A stretch of 60,925 nt of DNA, filler included, from Sluysia triapertura (taxonomy: Eukaryota), in the NCBI GenBank assembly GCA_046118255.1. It is 4 parts of 4 records of this genome, joined end to end, with 100 filler letters (N's around TTAATTAATTAA, not from the genome) between each part and the next. Parts side by side here need not be neighbours in the genome. Positions count along the whole stretch, not along the records: positions 49,890 to 60,925 come from JBJNIA010189808.1; 3 more parts are not named here. The stretch is one strand, 5' to 3'. Position numbers and translations under genes: made by a program. Shown here piece by piece: positions 53,101 through 60,925 of this stretch. The notes beneath the pieces were generated by a model. The model ran no database searches. It was given only the letters and a program-made list of their open reading frames with translations, and was not told the origin of the DNA. The stretch's first letter is position 1; the number at the start of each line of letters is the position of its first letter.

Positions 53101-56100
53101 ATTCATTTCGAAAAATAAATTGTCAAATTTTAATAAAACTTACATAGGAATGCTTCGATATTCATTAATAAATGTAAAGAGCCTATCACAGTAATTTCGG
53201 AAGAGTTGAGCTTCCAAAAATTTAGTAGTATAGTCAATTTTTTCTCCATGTACCTAGAAAAATACAAAGGAATTATGATATTAACATAAGTTTTAAAGTT
53301 TCTTTGTATATAATTTGCCTCATTGATATTATAAAAAGATTAAGATTTTATGAAACATAAAATATTACAATTATTTCTTGCTTTTGTTGCATCTATTTAC
53401 GCACTGTGAACTCAAAATTAAGACACTACAACCATAAACACAATATAACAAGTTTTATAAATAAAATTTTAAACAAACTTAAACGTAATCTAAGAAATCA
53501 ACAAATAATATATATAAAACACAATTTTCATAGTACTACACATCTTAACAATCACATAATCTTACAATCAATATTTGTTATACTCATTTAACGTTATTAT
53601 TAAAATTATTATTCGTTTAGCTTACTAATTTTATTTTTCGAAGTTTATTTTTTTAATGATATTCTGAATTGAAATGCTAAGAAATTCATTAGAATTAGCT
53701 AAAATGGTATTTTATCTTGATTTGGATTTTTGCATGTAAACTAAACTTTACTCGATTTTTGTATCAGATAAAATCGTTATTATTATCTTTAATACGATAT
53801 AAATATTTTTTAAAAAATTCCAATCGTTTGACTATTTATCTTTAAAAACTATATATCAAAAATTAAAAAATAAATCAATAAAAAATTGACTTCCATTAAA
53901 TATAATCAACATTTTTGTGATTGTTAAATAAACCTCGGAAAATTGCGAAATTATTTGTAAGGCTACCAAATGTTGGTTATTTTATTATAAAAAATCGTAT
54001 AATAATTGTATACTTTACATGGAAAGAACCTTTTTCTACCCTAACGAATGCTGAAACTTACTTTCATCCAATAATTCACGCAATGTGCATTATTTAGTGT
54101 CTGCTGATTATGTTTATGAAAGTGATAGTTATTACAAATATTTTTATCAATACTAAAATTAGAATTACATGTATGTATCAATAACACAACTGTAACAATA
54201 TTCCAAACCAGTTACACAATTCTATGTTACAATTCTTCTAGTTTCAGTGCAATAGTAATTCGAGCGACAAAATGTTTTTCAATTAGCATTTATATTAAAT
54301 GAAAAAACAATATCTAAATTACTAATTATTTTCAACAAGTACTATAAAATTGTTAATAATAATAAAATTTCTATAATAAATTATTCTGTTATCTAACTTT
54401 GTTTTAGTATTTTGTCTGCCGATAGAAGTATTTTTATATACCTATGTTGATATTTACTTTCGGATTATAATACAAAAGTTTTTATTGTACTGTATTTTGC
54501 GGAGTTTAACATTATGTGCGTCAGTATAAGCATTATTAATCCAATAATTTTACTGTACATATGACTGAACTTGTAAAAATAGATCTAACATTTATTATTG
54601 AAGGGAAATTAGAATGGCCGAATTTTTGTCAGATAAAAAATTTTATTTTACCAATGTTTTACCATTAAAAAAATCTCTATATTATAATTTGTACTGTAAT
54701 TTAGATACAGCAAATGAAAACAAAAATATTTGTTTCATGACCAAGCTTGAAACATCCTTTTTTTCCATTAAATAATACTCAAATTGAAATATCAGGCTAT
54801 TGTCCAGCGACCAATTATAGTTTACCTAGTTAATGTACAATTCAGTATAAATGCACAGTTTTAATATGATAATTTCTCCATTTATTCAAGTAAAACTGAT
54901 TTCAATTATGATGTATTTTCGAAATTACCGTCATGTACTTATTGTAATGATGATAAAATTGCTTTCGTATTTCGGTATTTTAGTTGCAATTGTTATGCTA
55001 CTAACAGATGTAGGTAACTTTGCTGAATATGAATATTAACATTGTAAAATTACCAATGATTGATTATAATAATTATATTGGACTTTATACGTAAAAGATC
55101 GACAATACATTAAAACATTGAATAACGATTGTTTAATTTCTGATTCTTTTTCAAATAATCTGAAGTCTAGATCGAGAAATTACTAGATCTTCAATTAATT
55201 CAACAATTAATTCGAGAAAATTAAATGTGATCGGTTACATAATTTAGTAAATATAGAAATATTCATATATCGAATTCCAAATTATATACACCTGATTTGA
55301 ACAAGCATATTAATAATTCGCTTTATGACTCGAATATTATTAAAAGTACGATCGATAATTGTTTTTAAAATTTATCTTTGCTGTGCTATTTTGTTTTTTA
55401 TTAAATCAAATTGACAGTTAAATTTTGAACAAGTTTGTCTCCCAGGTCTTAGTCGACTTAATTCAAATATAAGAAAACTTTAAAATAAAAAAACGAATTG
55501 ATAAGCACCCCTCCCATACTTACTGTTTTATCTCCTTTTTTAATGTTTTACTTAATGAAAATATAGTTCTATAAATGACCTTTCTTTTCATTTCATATTT
55601 TCATGCTTCATTTTATAATGGATAATTTTTAACTTATTCAAAAAATTTACTAAATACTGTAGTGAAATTATTAATTGAATTTAAAAGTAGAATTACAAAT
55701 AAAATATTAAACAAACCATCTTGGAATCGTTAACGAAATTAAATTTTAATTCTTTAGTTTTATTTGGAGAAGTTAGAGATTTAGATAATTTTATTTGTTT
55801 CGAGTGACTAGGTGAAGATAGCGGAGTACTAGACACATGATGATGAGATTTACTTTCTTGACTAGAATGAACTCGCTTTTTGCTATTCAAATCTTTTGAA
55901 GGTGATGCAATTTGATAATTTTTTGGTAAATTTTTTGAATTCTTATCAAGTTTTGTTTTTGATTTTACTTCTTCATCCGACGACTCTATTTCTCCTTCCT
56001 CAAGATTTTCTTCAGTTGTACTTTCTGACACAGTTTCTTTAGAAGTTGAATTAGGATTAGACTTTTCTACTCTTTCAGATTCTAAATTGGTTTTTTGAAC

Positions 56101-56644
56101 CTGAAAAATTACCCAAACATTCAACGAAATAGAATTTTACAATAAATTAAGCTTCAACAATTTTTACTAACATTAACTAATTCATCCCAATCAGCTCCAT
56201 CATTTTTCATCGCAAGATATGAAAGACACGGTATTGATCTAACAGGAACACGGTGAACAATGAGCGGTTCTAGCTCTAATACATAAGGCATGGACCAAGT
56301 AACAACTTTTGTTGCTGCATGGTAATAAAAATACATCCCTGAGTCATGGCGCATTCGAACCCAACCTTCAGGCAATAAATGTCTATTAAATAATCCTTTT
56401 TCTATAAAGAAATTAGATGTACACTTATCATCTTACCTTCAACATTATTAATTTTGACGCTTCTTGTTGGTCTTTTTTGAAATTTAAACTTTCTTTTATG
56501 ACCCTTAATTGGACATTTACCTTTTTCACCTGCAGTCTTCTATATTTTTTTAAATAAATTATGAAACTCTAAAACCTTATATTGCTCATCAATACTTTTT
56601 TCTAACAAATAATGTATATCATTTTCCGATTCTTCCCCAGTCAT
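50191..56644 (-). CDS. DGCR8: Microprocessor subunit Pasha/DGCR8, 3' end missing at the contig break
   Basis: In-frame GT-AG exons 56644-56576, 56539-56437, 56401-56172, 56100-55717, 53253-53144, 50867-50617 and 50385-50191. They encode the WW/Rhed domain LPEGWVRMRHDSGMYFYYH...VVTWSMPY...SIPCLSY, then FRNYCDRLFTF, and dsRBD1 GRNHSCILNMYCQH...INGTPYGIGEGKTKKLAKQKS. Confidence 0.93.
51374..51636. mobile_element. hAT (Charlie-like) MITE in a DGCR8 intron
   Basis: TIRs CAGTAATTCTCAACC ... GATTGAGAATAACTG; degenerate 8-bp TSD TTTTATAT/CTTTATGT. Confidence 0.7.
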
Positions 56645-57199
56645 ACAATTCTATAAAATGTTTCCAAAATTAATTATCAAATTTATTGACGATGATCACA
56701 TATACACAAATATTTTTGGAATCTTAAAATCCCAACAACATTATGTATTACGTGAATATAAAAAAATTACCTTTTCAGGCTTTCTTCAATTGAAAATTGT
56801 ATTACCAGTTGTGAAAACCTGTTATGATGGTAATTATATAGATTTTAAAATGCCACATAAATGAATTTAAAAAAATAAAAATTTATAATAAAATTTTTGT
56901 CATATAAAGTTATAATGCATTTAATTTAATGTTTAATAATAAATAATTTTAAAATACAGCATTTGAAAAAATTAATAAAATATGGCGAAAAAATAAAGTT
57001 TTATTTTGAAATATTAAAACGAGCTTAACAATAAATTTAAGTTACACTATAACATAAAGTTTATTTATGAAATGAAGATGTATATAGTTCAGATTTTTTA
57101 TTTTTGTGAGTACGATTCTATAAATATCAAAAATATAACTTTGAATTAAAAAATTTATAGTGTTTTTGTTATAATAATAATATAAATTTACATGACATT

Positions 57200-58300
57200 A
57201 GTTAAAGCACTTATTAATAGGCAATTATTGTGTCATTTAAAACGAAATTAACTACCCATTAAAAGCCTTTAGAATTGATGTCACAAAATCAATGTAAAAT
57301 ATAACCACGTTTATATTATCAGATACCAAGAAACATTAAATACAATTAATAATTACCTCCAAACAGAAAACAAAGATTCAATTATTAATGAAAGTCAGAG
57401 CAAAGTAAAACTAAATGAGGAGTGTCACAGCTAAAACTGTATTATCTCTAAAATCTCATGCAACAACTAATCAGTGCAAAATCTAATTTTAATTCATTCC
57501 ATCATTGCAAAAGTTATGTCAAGGAAGAGCTTTACGCACAATATCGTTATATAAAAATACTTAGCTTAACTTGAATAACTGTACTCATTAAAGTTATTAA
57601 TCAATTCTCTTATGTAGAAGTTGTTTGACTATAATTTTCTCATTAATGTCATGTAATTAATTTCATGCAATCAAGAAAACAATTTGATAAATTAATATAA
57701 TTAATGTAATTTGACAAGCGATGGCAGTTACTAATTACCAGATAATTATAAATGCTGAATAAGCAATCCGCTAAAATGACGTATAATGCAGGGAAAACAG
57801 AATAAAATATTGTTAAAATATGGTTAAAACAGAATAAAATATTGTTGAAGTAAGAATATTCAGAATAAAAACATTATATATCTTGAAATTCCAAAGGTCT
57901 TTGCAAAGTTTTGAATTCCGATGAGGAGACTTGAGATTGGTTTAAAAACGTTTTGAAGCATTAAAGTACCGTCGAACTTATGAACATTGAGAAAAATAGA
58001 TTAATTAATTAAAATCTTAAGAAAACTTGAAGGAAAAACACGTCTTTATAAATAATACTTTAATATGGAATGCTATGCCAAAGTTATGACTGGGTTTTAA
58101 TAATCTATTTTAATGAAGATGTGGTTTGACTGAATTCATATAAGGAAAGCCTTAATAATGAGAAAAGTCATTTTAATTAATTCTCAATTCTAAACTGTTA
58201 AATTTCATATTCAGAATGATGATAAGATATTGAATTGAATATAATATTGTTGGAAACTGAAAAATAGAATTAATTGATTGTTGTTTTATATGATTCGGTT
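57200..58300 (+). mobile_element. Possible highly decayed non-LTR retrotransposon ORF2
   Basis: Fragments *GVSQ (cf. GVPQG), IKILS/KYL (cf. YKYLG) and RCGL...RK in the expected order; weak. Confidence 0.3.
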
Positions 58301-60137
58301 TTGATAAATTATGACTGAATTATTTTGAGTATTATAGTTTAATTATTTTGATATTTTTTATTATTATATTTTATGTTTTATGATGTAGATACTAATTTTA
58401 AATATTATCATTATTGTAAATACTAATTTTAAATATTATCATTATTATAAAAATTATAAAAATATTAAATAAGATTAATAAAAAAATTATTAAAATAAAT
58501 AAAAATTTTGCAAGGCTTATATATTTGGAATTTTGTTTAAATGAATAATGAACAATTTTTTTATTGAAATAATGAATAAAAATAAAAACAATATGGGTGA
58601 CACGAGTCTATAAATATTGGACATTTGACAAAAATTTCAGAAGGCATAATCAAATACAATTCACAAAAGAAAAATCAAGCTTTAGTCCAGCTCGGGAAAA
58701 AGTTGAATCTGATTAATTATTTTCGTCAATTTAAGCTTTATGTGTTCCATGCACAAGTAATTTTTTATCATATAAGTTTTGTAACAATCCTAATTGTAAC
58801 ACAATAGGATTTTCTAAAATCTTACTTAAACTAATATTTATTTCCTAGACAATAACAAGGCTAGGTCAATTTGTAAATTTAAAATTCTTCTTTTGAATCG
58901 CCTAAGCCTTAAGCTTAATGTCCTAATTTGAATATTATTATAGAATCTTGTTGATATAAAATCTTGTATTTTGAAAAATTATATTGCTATTACGTAGGTT
59001 GTATTTAATATAAGTTTAGTTTTTCAAAGTGTTATTAATTAAAATTTTCGAATTGTTGATCAGACCGTAAAAAGGCTGATTCAAAGTAATAAAATAATTT
59101 TTGTATTGGCAGACCGAAAAGGCTGTCTTAACTCCCAAAATTAAACTAACTGATTTCAATTGACTATTCTCCTGGCCACTACCAGGAACAAGATAGATAA
59201 GTAAGCCTAATTAGACCGTTGTCAATTAGTGACAAAACGTATCTAATTAGCCGAACTCATCTGCATATCTTATATATTTTGCTAAGTAGGTATCTCGTAA
59301 ATTATAACCTTCGCAATATGATTGATATGAAGAAGAATTCAGAAATAAATTCGAAATATTTATAAAATGCTCTGTTTGAAAAGAAGAACCTTAAACATTT
59401 TGCATTAGAAATGTAAAATATGTAAAAAATATTATTTGTAAATTGTGTTTCATAATTGATTCTAAAAATTTATCATTATTATATAATTAACAAGAAATTA
59501 AAAAATTATAAAATTACTAAAAAATTATAAATTTATAAAATCATATAAAATTATAAAAAACTAAAATAAAAATTATAAAATTATTTTAAATTAAATTTTG
59601 AGAAAACTAAAATAAAAAATAATTGTTTAAATCGAAATTCTATTTTATTTTGTTTTAATACACAAAAAATAAAGAAAAGAAACGAATGCGATTTATTTAC
59701 AAATAATTAATTATTTTTAGGATGCCATTTTAAAAGTAAATTTACGTATATGTAATAGCAGTTTTTATATAAGGAGACACAAATTAAGTAATCAAAAGAA
59801 ACAGTACAAGAAAAGAGAAATAAAATTCCAACAATCCATGCACGCCAAGTAATTAATTTTTATAAGTTTTCTTAACCTCACTTTATATAGGAAGTTTAAA
59901 ATACTACTTAAATTACTCTTTATTATACAACACCTTACGCGGGTTGTGTAACGTATTTTTTAAACTACACGAACTTACCAACCGAGGTTGAGTAAGACTT
60001 GAAATCAATATCTTCATTATATTAAATATTTGTTTTACAAGTTGTTTCTGTCATATTTTTATTTGTAAGACATTCTAATACATATTCGAAGTTGTTTAAA
60101 TAATTTTTGCTTTATTAATTTAAAATTCATTTCCTCT

Positions 60138-60328
60138 AAAGCAACATCTTAAAACTGGTTGCATAATATATAAATTCATCGAAGAGTTTTTTAAAGCAAC
60201 ACCTTAATACGGGTTGCGTAATTTCCTAAAATACTAATATATTTTCAAAGCAACACCTTAATACGGGTTGTGTAACTTATAAAATATAAAAGCTTTATTT
60301 GAACAACACCTAGTAAAGGGTTATAGTA
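60138..60328. repeat. Array of four 29-bp palindromic repeats with 25-26-nt spacers; outlying copy at 59927-59952
   Basis: AAAGCAACACCTTAATACGGGTTG(C/T)GTAA-like units at 60138, 60193, 60247 and 60301 (period 54-55). Confidence 0.85.
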
Positions 60329-60925
60329 TTAATTAATTAAAAGTTAAGTTAATAGTTTTTTAAGAAAACCTAATAATACGTCTCCAATAGTGGTGTAAAG
60401 CGTATATATTAGGCGATAATTTGCAGTGTATAGATTTAAGAAAAACACTAGCATAACCATAATTTTAATCTTTGAACACTTTTTACAAGGTTACTCAAAA
60501 GTTTATTAAGATCTTAAATGTCTTCAAAGATTCCGAAAGATCTACAAGATCATTCAACAAGATCTAAAATGCTTCCAAGGTATCATCATACTTCAAAACA
60601 TCTTTCCAGACCTTACTTAAGTCTTCACAAGGGTCTCAATACCCTACAAAGGTCTTTGAAACTCTAAGGTATTCTTCGGTTTCAAAATGATTATAAACAT
60701 TTTACTATTATTATTCTTCCTCTAGAAATATTTATTTATGTTTATATTATCATATTTCAGATATTTTATATCATTTTTTATGTATTTTAAATTATATACA
60801 CTGACTGGACAATTCCAACATATATATATATATAAACAATTTTTTATAATAATTATTTGTTTCTATTGTTTAATTTGACTTTTTGTTTACATTAACTAAC
60901 GATGAAGGTTAGAAAATTTTTAGTT

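Noticed and set aside
60138-60328. Bona fide prokaryotic CRISPR locus or bacterial contamination
   Set aside because: No cas genes or bacterial ORFs, the contig carries a spliced animal gene, and the spacers are short and extremely AT-rich.

Overview
Very AT-rich metazoan nuclear DNA, not prokaryotic. It consists of four contigs joined by artificial 100-nt linkers (N44-TTAATTAATTAA-N44), so adjacency across the linkers is unproven. Host genes: a partial ARHGAP21/23-type RhoGAP (minus, 3 exons), a small EB/EGF-like cysteine-rich gene fragment (plus), an intronless class A GPCR (plus), and the 5' part of Pasha/DGCR8 (minus, 7 exons, including 35- and 36-nt introns). The tiny introns and base composition suggest a compact-genome invertebrate such as an orthonectid (inference only). 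Most of the rest is decayed mobile DNA: a near full-length Polinton/Maverick protein-primed DNA polymerase B remnant, Gypsy protease/RT and LTR-like repeats, an L2-clade LINE 3' end, piggyBac, IS630/Tc1, mariner, pogo/Tigger/Tc2, hAT and Chapaev-like remnants. The most unusual observations are: (i) a 157-bp TG...CA-bounded element with a 4-bp TSD carrying a tRNA-Ala-derived Pol III cassette, present as two inverted copies; (ii) a CRISPR-like array of 29-bp palindromic repeats with 25-26-nt differing spacers, next to a motif that also flanks the Polinton polymerase; (iii) an intact 513-codon orphan ORF. All calls come from manual reading and translation; no database searches were run.
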